From positions 1-64,000 of IMG/VR virus record IMGVR_UViG_3300010222_000002: a stretch of DNA of 64,000 nt; one strand, written 5' to 3'. Made by a program: the position numbers and the translations under genes. Source of the DNA: a virus. The notes beneath the pieces were generated by a model. The model ran no database searches, had not been told where the DNA came from, and worked only from the letters and a program-made list of their open reading frames with translations. Below, piece after piece: positions 41,780 to 50,535 of the stretch (the stretch's first letter is position 1; the number at the start of each line of letters is the position of its first letter).

Positions 41780-42400
41780 AGGCATACCCGGTGATTCCGG
41801 TGTTAGGTGAGCCTGAAGTGCGAGTTCTGCCCGAGCAAACCCGCTGATACCGGTGATCTTGATTATATGTCGGGCGAGGTTTGAGACTGAAAACCGTGTA
41901 GAGAGTTACCTGAAGTCCCCGTTTTCAGACTTAAGGTAGACTGCCCACAACGGGGGTCATAAACTGAGAGTGAAAGGGGGGTGAAACCGGCCAAATGTGC
42001 CGCTTTCAGGGTGATATGAAGTGAATATGAAGTCTTGAACACCGGTGATGGGCCATTTCACCGGTAAAATCGCAAAAATCACAAATCTGATGTAAATGCT
42101 CCAGATATGAAGTCTGGTGAAGGACCCCGATCCGGCGTTTCAAAGGCTCTCGAAAGGCAGACAAAGGCAGAAGCGTATCTGTGGGTTGGGCGCGGTGACA
42201 TTCTACGAACGGTGTTGTGTCCGTTACGTAATGCAATGTGGGTGATATGGGCGAGTTGGGGCGTGAAGTCAGTGAAATCGGGGAGTTAATACACCAGTTT
42301 GGGTGTGCGAGAGCGAAATTGGTAACCCCACACGCACTGTAGGGTGTTCTGAGTCAGATTTCGGGGGTAGTGGTGAAGTCGGCGAAACGGGGTGTGGGGT
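41780..42400 (+). repeat. array of short same-strand repeats (TGAAGT(C) x7, ACCGGTGAT-like x4, ATATGAAGT x3)
   Basis: TGAAGT(C/G) at 41814, 41911, 42017, 42028, 42108, 42264 and 42374. CCGGTGAT-like at about 41788, 41849 and 42042, plus CCGGTAAA at 42061. No ORF is present. The array lies at the switch between the two gene modules. Confidence 0.6.
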
Positions 42401-42478
42401 CGCTCACAGAGGGAATTCAGTTTGAAAATTTGCCGATTTTGGCCCATCTTTAAGGGATTCGAACAGCACGGACGATAT

Positions 42479-42640
42479 ATGAACGAACGGATTGAAGCTA
42501 AACTTCGAGAAGCGGGGGAGCAACTACGCGAAGAACACGATGACGCGATCATAGCCGACGTGATCGGTGAAGTCGAGCAGTTGGACAGTGAAGCGAGCGA
42601 TGCCACGGCAAAAATACTCCGCACGATGGTCAGAGAATAG
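42479..42640 (+). CDS. small acidic protein (53 aa), probably leaderless
   Basis: Track ORF trimmed to ATG 42479 (MNERIEAKLREAGEQL...). TTTAAG lies at 42449-42454, 30 nt upstream. Confidence 0.45.
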   Translation: MNERIEAKLREAGEQLREEHDDAIIADVIGEVEQLDSEASDATAKILRTMVRE

Positions 42641-42909
42641 CCACCCCCATTTATACCCCACCCCCGTGTATATAAACCCTTGTCCTTTCATTGTAGTGAG
42701 GGAGCTGGCTGACGTATAGTCACCAGTTGACCTTGTGGCCCGTTTCGGGACATTGTTTCAAGTCCTACTATTTAGTTTAGATAGGACATTTTGACTTTAC
42801 GTTTTAATCTAAACAGTTAGAGTGAACTATTCGACACCACTCCACCCCCTTCTCGAAGATTTCCAGTAAATCATATGAGTAACTTTCAAGCGTAATTTAA
42901 ATACAAAAT

Positions 42910-43716
42910 ATGGCCGCAAGAGAAGTAAGTGGAGCCGATGACGAAGAGTTAGTAGAAATAGAGCGGGAGTATTACGACACCCCAATGTACGAGGAGTTCG
43001 GGGTTCCGTTCAAAGTCGCATACTGCTTGAACCCTATTGCGAAGCAACCCGATCACTACGATGGCGGTCAGCGATACTGCAAACGGCGAGCGACACGAAA
43101 AGAGGAATTCGAGGGTCATCGGAATGATCCTGAGTCGTTCGCGCTGAATTGCTATTACCACGGTGGAGATGTCGAGAAGTACGGCCACGAGAGCAAGGAA
43201 CATTTAGAAGACCCGCGAACTGTCAACATTACACACGGTGCGTATGCTGACGATAAATCTCTAAAAATGGACTTCACAGATGACGAGCAGGAGTTGTATG
43301 ACTCCATTATGAACGATTGGCCGGAAATCTATGACTGGCCGTCTGAAGACGAAGACCCGGCTCGGTATCGAATTCTTCGCCGAGTAGCAGTGAATGAAGT
43401 CCGTGCGATGCGAGAGGAAGAGTACCTTGATAACCACGAGGTTCATGAGGAACCCATCTACGACGATCAAGGTGTGCAGATTGGCACAAAGGAAGTCGAG
43501 AACCCGCTTGCTCGGGAGTACCGACTTCTGATGTCTGAAGTGACAGACCAGATGAAGGAACTTGGTCTGACACCCAAGGAACAGCAAAAGATGGATTCGC
43601 TGGCGTCGGAGGTAGATAAGAACGACGCGATTTCGGAAATTGCGAGTGACGCACTTCACGGTGAAGACGACGACTACAATCCCTCGCAATTTGAAGAGGG
43701 TGATGTCTCAGAATGA
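42910..43716 (+). CDS. putative terminase small subunit (tentative)
   Basis: It is the first long gene of the plus-strand module. The helical C-terminal part with MKELGLTPKEQQKMDSL resembles P27-type small terminases. The assignment rests on position and this weak motif only. Confidence 0.4.
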   Translation: MAAREVSGADDEELVEIEREYYDTPMYEEFGVPFKVAYCLNPIAKQPDHYDGGQRYCKRRATRKEEFEGHRNDPESFALNCYYHGGDVEKYGHESKEHLEDPRTVNITHGAYADDKSLKMDFTDDEQELYDSIMNDWPEIYDWPSEDEDPARYRILRRVAVNEVRAMREEEYLDNHEVHEEPIYDDQGVQIGTKEVENPLAREYRLLMSEVTDQMKELGLTPKEQQKMDSLASEVDKNDAISEIASDALHGEDDDYNPSQFEEGDVSE

Positions 43717-43975
43717 ACACCAACCGATAACAACTCCGTTTTCGTCCAGATACGAATTAGTCACAAACGCTTCTGTCCACACGTTCGACAGCGAGAAGGC
43801 CGTGATGGACGAAAATATGCTAACGCATCTCAGGGGTCGCTTTGGGAAACCAATTATCGGTTGTGTTGGCGGATTACATTATCAATTCATACCCGAGCGA
43901 GCGATTCCAGCAGGCGCGGTTGCCGTGCCGGAGAGAAAACATAGCGAACCGAAGGCGCTCTTGATTCAACGATGA
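43703..43975 (+). CDS. hypothetical protein (90 aa)
   Basis: Track ORF trimmed to ATG 43703 (MSQNEHQPITT...). Confidence 0.45.
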   Translation: MSQNEHQPITTPFSSRYELVTNASVHTFDSEKAVMDENMLTHLRGRFGKPIIGCVGGLHYQFIPERAIPAGAVAVPERKHSEPKALLIQR

Positions 43976-44076
43976 CTATTAAAAACCAAGATTACGAAGT
44001 CGATGAAGACGGGAAGCTCGTGAAAACCGAGTCCGAGGACGTTGACTTCGAGAAAGATCTAAGTTTTGATGGTTGA
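43972..44076 (+). CDS. possible micro-ORF (34 aa)
   Basis: MTIKNQDYEVDEDGKLVKTESEDVDFEKDLSFDG; ATGA overlap with the upstream stop. Confidence 0.25.
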   Translation: MTIKNQDYEVDEDGKLVKTESEDVDFEKDLSFDG

Positions 44077-44182
44077 CCAAACGAATTCTGTCAAATTCAG
44101 TTTTGAGGACGGCTTTATCGAAGGCTATCTTACAGGCTTGTTTCTTGGTTACAAAGCCGAGAAACCAGAAGACTTAGAGTAA
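44069..44182 (+). CDS. possible micro-ORF (37 aa)
   Basis: MVDQTNSVKFSFEDGFIEGYLTGLFLGYKAEKPEDLE; overlaps the previous micro-ORF by 8 nt. Confidence 0.25.
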   Translation: MVDQTNSVKFSFEDGFIEGYLTGLFLGYKAEKPEDLE

Positions 44183-44370
44183 ATGGACCAGCCGAAACGG
44201 GGGTAGCGGTTTCGGTTGCTCCGGCTGGTGAGATGGAAGAAAAACCCGGTGATTGCTTTGCCCCCACCTTCTCGATGACAACGACGGAACTCCAACAGGG
44301 TTGCTGGAAAAGTGGACAGACGATGCTTGAATCTATGCAGATGCAGACGACTTAGAACTTTTAAACTAAC

Positions 44371-44832
44371 ATGATTCCAAATGCGACAAAGAAAAAGCTC
44401 TTCGATGGTGCTATCGACCTTGGAAACGACACAATCAAGGTTGCTCTGCTGAAGGAGAGTACGGAGTATAGCCCCGATCCCGACAATCACGAGTTCGTTT
44501 CTAACGTTCTGGACGGCGGAACGACCGGCACAGAATTCGATGACACGAATTACAGCCGGAAGACGCTCGCAAATCAGGCCACATCGCAGGATAACACTGA
44601 CGATGAGGGTGTTTTCGATGCTGATGACCTCACTTGGTCAAGTCTCGGCGGTTCACAGACTGTTGAGGCTGTTCTGGTCTACAAACAGGTCGGCGGAGAC
44701 GATACGACACCCGGTGATGACCCGATTATTCGGATCATTGACGACAGTGAAGCGTCTGATCTGCCAAAAGCGACAAACGGCGACGACTTCACGATTTCGT
44801 GGAATTCTGAAGGCATCGTCAACCTCGCGTAA
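44371..44832 (+). CDS. hypothetical protein (153 aa)
   Basis: Track ORF. TTTTAAAC lies about 12-19 nt upstream of the ATG. Confidence 0.6.
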   Translation: MIPNATKKKLFDGAIDLGNDTIKVALLKESTEYSPDPDNHEFVSNVLDGGTTGTEFDDTNYSRKTLANQATSQDNTDDEGVFDADDLTWSSLGGSQTVEAVLVYKQVGGDDTTPGDDPIIRIIDDSEASDLPKATNGDDFTISWNSEGIVNLA

Positions 44833-45203
44833 TGCCATTCTACCTTGTTCAGAAGGGGAATGGTCTTGGAACGGGTCGTATCGTTGCTCGTGGAAGCGAT
44901 CACAACATTTGGGAGACTCAGAACTCCATTCACGTTCCGTGGAAAGAACTTTCACCGGCAGATGCGTATCAAGAAGGGGTTCAGATTAAGCCCGGAACGG
45001 CCACAGATCAGTTAGCGGGCGAGATCGAATCCGAGATGCAAGAATTGGGGGTTGACCCGTTCTCGGAGACGGCTGATACTGGAGATACTTATTCGGAGTT
45101 ACTTCGTGGAGTCACAATGTCGTACCCTCACGGGCACGCAAAGCACAGATGCCCATTCAGGATTGATTATCCGCTGATTTGCGTCCGAAAAGATAGATAC
45201 TAA
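44832..45203 (+). CDS. hypothetical protein (123 aa)
   Basis: Track ORF; TAATG junction. Confidence 0.55.
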   Translation: MPFYLVQKGNGLGTGRIVARGSDHNIWETQNSIHVPWKELSPADAYQEGVQIKPGTATDQLAGEIESEMQELGVDPFSETADTGDTYSELLRGVTMSYPHGHAKHRCPFRIDYPLICVRKDRY

Positions 45204-45907
45204 TGGAATACTACAGAGAAGACGCTCCGTCCACCCACGAAGAGAAAAACGTGTTGTATGACCGAAAAGATGAGTTTGTGCATCTTGGTTACAACACTGA
45301 GGGATACTTCTATCTGCCCAGTAGGACGCTATCAAAGTATCTAAAAGTGGACAACGCCCGTGCTGATGGCTGGCCTGTTCTGAGGGGCCAAACGTCACCG
45401 GGTAAGCGTACTTCTGTGTTAGCTATTCCAGAAGACACCCTTCACCTGCACATCAAATTCGACAACACCGAATACGACGCTAACGAATTTAGTGATGCGA
45501 TGCTTCGCGGTATCCGAGGTCGAGGCTTCGACGCTCGGAATTGCGAGGAAGGTGCAGGGAACGATCTCGTAATTGATGGCAAGAAAGTGGTTGGCTGGAC
45601 CAACTGGACCGGTGGTGACGAAAACCGGTCGTTCTTTAGTGCTTTTCTTACTTTAGAACCCAACCCAGCGATGTACCGCTATTTCGACTTGCCAAATCAA
45701 AAATTCGAGGATAAACAGGCCAACGACGTTGATGACCGCATTGGTGGGCTTCGACAATTCGATGATGTGGATATGACCAACCTATCGGTCAGTATCCAGT
45801 CTGCGATTGCTGAAACTGTTGGTGGTCTTCAGGCTAATCAGTTTGACTTCGAGACCTTAGAATACGAATTGTTGATGCAATCAGACTCCGAAATATTCAA
45901 CGAGTGA
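45203..45907 (+). CDS. lipoate/biotin protein ligase (BPL_LplA_LipB)-like protein (tentative)
   Basis: GNDLVIDGKKVVGWTNW resembles the NDL-x-x-x-GKK-x-x-G catalytic-lysine motif of LplA/BirA-type ligases. The rest is only loosely similar. Confidence 0.4.
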   Translation: MEYYREDAPSTHEEKNVLYDRKDEFVHLGYNTEGYFYLPSRTLSKYLKVDNARADGWPVLRGQTSPGKRTSVLAIPEDTLHLHIKFDNTEYDANEFSDAMLRGIRGRGFDARNCEEGAGNDLVIDGKKVVGWTNWTGGDENRSFFSAFLTLEPNPAMYRYFDLPNQKFEDKQANDVDDRIGGLRQFDDVDMTNLSVSIQSAIAETVGGLQANQFDFETLEYELLMQSDSEIFNE

Positions 45908-47241
45908 AGGTCTTTGTTACTGGCGATTCTGGACCGAGCGGGTTCGGAGTTGCAACGAAAATGTTGGTCCGTCAGTTGATCGAAGCTGACGATTTCGAGG
46001 TTACGTATCGTACTCATCGGTGGCCGATGAGCCGAAACGGGAACATCCTCGACGGTGAAATGGCCTTCCCTGACCGACGATTCCGAGAATACCTGATGCG
46101 GAATAATTACATCAATGAGAATTATCTCGTGGATGAAATCACAGGTGTCCCCGAGTCGGACAGGGGAATAGAAGAGCTTGCTACGAACCAAACTTGTGAT
46201 CCGCAGAATTGTCTTGTTCGAGAATTCGGGGGACAGGAAGATGTTTGGATTACAATAGGCGGTGCCAGTTTTGCTGAACAAGCCCCCGACGAACCGTACA
46301 CTATCGTCTCTTCTGACTGGAACCTGACGGAGACACCGAAGACGTGGAAGTATTACGTCGATATGGTAGACGAATTTTGGGTTCCGTCAGAATGGACAAA
46401 AGAATCTATTCGAGAAGGGGTGGGAGATGAAACGGCGGAAGAGGTCAAGGTGATGCCCTACGGCATCAATATGAATTATAAGCCGACGCAGTACGACTGT
46501 AAGCTCTGTCCAGCACAGCACACTCAAGGAAAGGTTGCTTCGCTTGGACAATGCTTGCGTGATGATTCGTTTACATTCCTTCTGACTTCGCGGATGTATC
46601 ATATTAAAGGGTTCTATCGGACCCTGAGTGCGTTTATTCGGGAGTTTGAGCCAGAAGAAGACGTGCGGTTTTTCGTGAAAACAACCGCAAATAATCATCA
46701 CAAAATTGACCCGAGAGCATCGATCAAACAGATCGCGGCTCAAAGTGGTTGTCCTATCGATGAAATTCCCGAGATTGGGATTAGAACTGATCCGGTGCAG
46801 ACGCAAACGATGTATGACCTGATGGGACAGGCTGATGCGTTCTGTCAAATTTCTCGGGGCGAGTGTTTTGGTATTGCACAACTGGAAGCCGCATATTGTG
46901 GCACACCAGTCATCGCTACGAATTATTCTGCACAGGCCGAAGTGTTGGATTTCGATAATGACGGCTTCATTCCGGTCGATGAATACGACGTAGCAAAGGC
47001 AAGACCAGAAAGCAACGCCGTCATCTACGAAACACCAAATACGTACCCGAAGTCGGCGGAGTGGGCCGTTCCCGAGTTTGAAGCGATTCAGGAACGGATG
47101 CGAGAAGTCTACGAAGCAGACAAAGCTGAACGCGAGAATTGGGGTAAACAAGCTCGGCAGTACGTCATTGATAATTATCAGTGGGAAGATCACATCCAAC
47201 CCCGGCTCGACGCGATCAAGACGGGTGGGAGTGATGAATAA
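45904..47241 (+). CDS. glycosyltransferase, GT-B fold (GT4-like)
   Basis: N-terminal KVFVTGDSGPSGFG, and C-terminal SRGECFGIAQLEAAYCGTPVIATNYSAQAEVL (E-x7-E region). The GTG start overlaps the upstream TGA. Confidence 0.75.
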   Translation: MKVFVTGDSGPSGFGVATKMLVRQLIEADDFEVTYRTHRWPMSRNGNILDGEMAFPDRRFREYLMRNNYINENYLVDEITGVPESDRGIEELATNQTCDPQNCLVREFGGQEDVWITIGGASFAEQAPDEPYTIVSSDWNLTETPKTWKYYVDMVDEFWVPSEWTKESIREGVGDETAEEVKVMPYGINMNYKPTQYDCKLCPAQHTQGKVASLGQCLRDDSFTFLLTSRMYHIKGFYRTLSAFIREFEPEEDVRFFVKTTANNHHKIDPRASIKQIAAQSGCPIDEIPEIGIRTDPVQTQTMYDLMGQADAFCQISRGECFGIAQLEAAYCGTPVIATNYSAQAEVLDFDNDGFIPVDEYDVAKARPESNAVIYETPNTYPKSAEWAVPEFEAIQERMREVYEADKAERENWGKQARQYVIDNYQWEDHIQPRLDAIKTGGSDE

Positions 47242-48142
47242 ACTGGCCGTTATCATCCTTGACGCGCTGGACACGCAGTTTCTTCGGAATCAGGGGATGG
47301 CGAATATCCTTGAGAGATACAACGAGAACGGAGATATTTTTGGATGTTCTTCGTTCCCCCATACTGCGGTTTCTAACCCGAGAATTTGGGGTGGATACGA
47401 AAACCACGAGATGTTTTGGGTCGATGACGATGATGACGAGTGGGCTGACCCCGCAAACGAATTCGATAGAGGGGCCGCAGAAACGAAAGGCGATTTCCGG
47501 CTATGGGAACGGTCTGATTACGATACGTCTTTCGTATGGGACATAGCAGATGATGCTGGACTCAACGCTTCGGCACTTCAAATCCCAATTACCCTTCCAC
47601 CGTATTCCTTTAACGCAGAAGAAAAGTTAGACGATGCGTGGTTCCCGAACACACAAGAGCTAATTCAGGAACACACTGAGAAGAAGCCTGAAATTATCGA
47701 GCAACACGCTAAACGCGGAGACGATCTAATTTGCACATCTATCCAAGTGCCGGACAAATGGATTCACGGTCTTGCAGAGGGTAAAGTGACTAATTCGTTT
47801 GTCAAAAATCAGGCACAGTTTCTCGATCAGAGAATAGACGAAATGTTAGATTTCCTCGAATCTGAAGGCTATGGCTGGATGATTTTCGGGGATCACGGAA
47901 ATCCAGATAAGGGCACAATGCCGATGGCGGGTGCAAAACAAGTAATTACCCGACACCGCTCAGAATCAATTATTTTCTCTAATCTCGCAGAGTTCCCGAG
48001 TTACAGTGGGGAAATGTACGAGTTTATCTGTGATTTCCACGACCTTGATCCTGATACCGACCCATACGAATCGACTGACGCCCATCGAGAAGGGGGGGCG
48101 GATGAAGTAACGCAACGGCTCGAAGACTTGGGGTACAGATAG
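47234..48142 (+). CDS. alkaline-phosphatase-superfamily enzyme (type I phosphodiesterase / nucleotide pyrophosphatase-like)
   Basis: Trimmed to MNKLAVIILDALD. SSFPHTAVSNPRIWGG is a candidate Thr-nucleophile region, and MIFGDHGN is the metal-binding DHG motif. Confidence 0.6.
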   Translation: MNKLAVIILDALDTQFLRNQGMANILERYNENGDIFGCSSFPHTAVSNPRIWGGYENHEMFWVDDDDDEWADPANEFDRGAAETKGDFRLWERSDYDTSFVWDIADDAGLNASALQIPITLPPYSFNAEEKLDDAWFPNTQELIQEHTEKKPEIIEQHAKRGDDLICTSIQVPDKWIHGLAEGKVTNSFVKNQAQFLDQRIDEMLDFLESEGYGWMIFGDHGNPDKGTMPMAGAKQVITRHRSESIIFSNLAEFPSYSGEMYEFICDFHDLDPDTDPYESTDAHREGGADEVTQRLEDLGYR

Positions 48143-48143
48143 A

Positions 48144-50240
48144 ATGGTTTCTTACAATCTTTGGATGGCAGACGCATCCGGGGTTTTTGAAGTAGACCCG
48201 GACAATAGTTCTTCTGTTCCCTGTGTCGTTTCCAGTTTTACAGATCCAAATGCTACTCCGAGCCACGTAAGCGACATTTCCAAGGATGAAAGCGGATCGC
48301 TGTGGATTTCATACGATAACGCTCCATCTACATTTGTTGTTCAGCCCAGTGACGGTTCAGTAACCTCTCAGTATGCAACTGGGTCGATGACAGCGACAAC
48401 GATTTACCCATCTGAAACTGCATTTGACACGTTCCACCCCGGAAATTCTGTTTTTGTTAAAAAAAGAGATTCGACTTTTTCTTCAACAGGTTCAGAATTC
48501 GAGATTTCTGTCGATGACGGATTAGGTAGGTCTTCTGATGGTCTTATTTGGGTAGCTGACAGCTACGAGCTTAAAGGCTATCCGTCTGATTATTCGGGTA
48601 TTATTCAGAAAAATTTTGACCATGCCGCTTCTACTCATGGCGGAATAACTGTTGACTCCGACAGTTGTATATGGGGAGCAGATTTCAATAAATCTGGCAG
48701 TGGGTTTGTTTACAAGTATGACCGATCTGGCTCGATCCACCAAAGCTTCACAGCAAGCCACGGATACCCCTATGGGTTAGCTACAACTGAAGGACCACAC
48801 GGTTCAGCAAATACGACAATAAGCGTTTCACTGTCAGCAGGAACAACGGTCGGACAGAAGCCGGTCCCATCAATCACTCAAAATGGCACGTTTTCGATGC
48901 CAGTGGAAACGGGTTCTGTTCAAGAACCCGCGCCGAATATTGGTATTTTTGTCGAGGTCGCCACACCTGAAGGGCAGGCCACAGTTCAAGAGCCAACGGC
49001 TGATATTTCACAGCCTCCAAGTGTTGGATTCGTCCAGCATACGATTGCGGTTCAGGAACCGTCGATTTCGGCCTTTGCGAACATCGAGACTTCAATTTCG
49101 GCAAAAGGTCTTGGACTCGAAGAAACAGATCCATCGGTTACTGCACCGCCGCAAGTTTCGGTTGGGTTTGAAAGCGTAAGTGCGACCGAATCTGAACCGA
49201 GTGTTGGTGCGCCTCCAAAAGTGGGACCAGCAGAAGAAACTATCACTGTTCAGCAACCCACCTCAACGGTAACTGCTCCCGGTACTGTTTCTGCTGGTGG
49301 AAAAACAGTAACAGTAAGTGGCCTAACCGCGACAGTTTCCGCGCCGAGTTCTATTTCGCCGAACGCTGATACAATTACAAGCGTACAGCCGTCAAGTGAT
49401 ATTTCAGCAGGACCGTTGGTTACTGTACGCGCTGATAAGGTTGTTACGTCTGAACCAACACCGACAACGGTTGCTCTCGGGACGTTTGTTCCGAATCCCG
49501 GTGTCGTGAACGCGAAAGAACCGTCGATCACCGCCAAGGCACCGCCGGTCACGGAGTTAGCTGTTGAAGTACTTACAAGCTCTGAGCCGAATACAGCATA
49601 TTCAGCACCGGGAACTGTTACGCCGAAGGCTGGTGTACTTTCTACTCAGGAGCCTGTAACCGATATTTCATCGAAGTTCGGGATTATGATTCCGAAAGAG
49701 CCGCTGAAGCTACAGAATACAGATATTGTAGCTCAGGCACCCGGAACAATTGTTCTCGGTGAGGATACTGTTACAACCAACGAACCAGATCCGAAGATAG
49801 ACGCCATAATTAGTCTGAGTGTCAACTCTGAAACGCTCACCGCGTTTGCCCCGACCGCGAGCCTGACGGCTCCGGGTTCGGTAAATGTAGCCAACAAGAG
49901 CCTGAGTATCACAGAACCGACACCGAGTACATCTGCACCCGGAGTTGTTTCAGATGACAGCGAGACGCTTGCCCTTCTCGATGTTGAGCCGTCAGTCTTG
50001 GCACCATCGAGTCTGAATGTTTCAACTGGTGTATTGAATCTTGAAGAACTAAACCTTTCAGCGACGAAACCGCTCAATCTGAGTGTAGATACGCTCACAC
50101 TGCTTGTCCAAGAACCCGGCGTTGAAATCGGGACATTTGTTTCATTCGGACTGTCGATTGGTAAATCCACTTCGTATGGGAGAGCTGGTGACGTGAGCTA
50201 CGGTGAAACTGGAGACATCGAATACGAAAACAATGACTAA
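48144..50240 (+). CDS. beta-propeller-like N-terminal domain + about 18-19 tandem 22-residue repeats (putative fibre/adhesin)
   Basis: The N-terminal domain has G-x-L/I-W-I/V-x-D blades (ESGSLWISYD, SDGLIWVADS, DSCIWGADF). From about aa 260 to 669 there are repeats of the form x-E-P-x5-A-P-G-x-V-x6-L/V-x-T. Confidence 0.7.
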   Translation: MVSYNLWMADASGVFEVDPDNSSSVPCVVSSFTDPNATPSHVSDISKDESGSLWISYDNAPSTFVVQPSDGSVTSQYATGSMTATTIYPSETAFDTFHPGNSVFVKKRDSTFSSTGSEFEISVDDGLGRSSDGLIWVADSYELKGYPSDYSGIIQKNFDHAASTHGGITVDSDSCIWGADFNKSGSGFVYKYDRSGSIHQSFTASHGYPYGLATTEGPHGSANTTISVSLSAGTTVGQKPVPSITQNGTFSMPVETGSVQEPAPNIGIFVEVATPEGQATVQEPTADISQPPSVGFVQHTIAVQEPSISAFANIETSISAKGLGLEETDPSVTAPPQVSVGFESVSATESEPSVGAPPKVGPAEETITVQQPTSTVTAPGTVSAGGKTVTVSGLTATVSAPSSISPNADTITSVQPSSDISAGPLVTVRADKVVTSEPTPTTVALGTFVPNPGVVNAKEPSITAKAPPVTELAVEVLTSSEPNTAYSAPGTVTPKAGVLSTQEPVTDISSKFGIMIPKEPLKLQNTDIVAQAPGTIVLGEDTVTTNEPDPKIDAIISLSVNSETLTAFAPTASLTAPGSVNVANKSLSITEPTPSTSAPGVVSDDSETLALLDVEPSVLAPSSLNVSTGVLNLEELNLSATKPLNLSVDTLTLLVQEPGVEIGTFVSFGLSIGKSTSYGRAGDVSYGETGDIEYENND

Positions 50241-50529
50241 ATTCCACGCTAAAGCAGATAGCACCGTTAACAGAACGGCAAATCTGCCACTTGATCTATC
50301 TAATGCTGATTCAGTGAAGGCACACTTCGAAGGTGATGGGATTCAGACTATCACCGCTTCGATTTCTGACCAGTCATCCGGAAAGATTACGCTTCCAATG
50401 CAAAACCTGACGCTGGAAACTGGAATGGTCTACAAGGTCGAATACGAGATCTCGTTCAGTGATGGTACTGTTGACACGCTTCCGCGACAGAGCTACGATC
50501 TCCTCGAAGTGAAAGACGACCTCGCATAA
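50233..50529 (+). CDS. hypothetical protein (98 aa)
   Basis: Trimmed to ATG 50233 (MTKFHAKADST...); beta-rich. Confidence 0.5.
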   Translation: MTKFHAKADSTVNRTANLPLDLSNADSVKAHFEGDGIQTITASISDQSSGKITLPMQNLTLETGMVYKVEYEISFSDGTVDTLPRQSYDLLEVKDDLA

Positions 50530-50535
50530 TTTCTA

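Noticed and set aside
42449-42475. gggattcgaac (a minus-strand GTTCGAATCCC, T-loop-like) as a further tRNA-like element.
   Set aside because: The flanking bases do not pair (GCTG versus CCCT). The TTTAAG here is better explained as the TATA box of the leaderless 42479 ORF.
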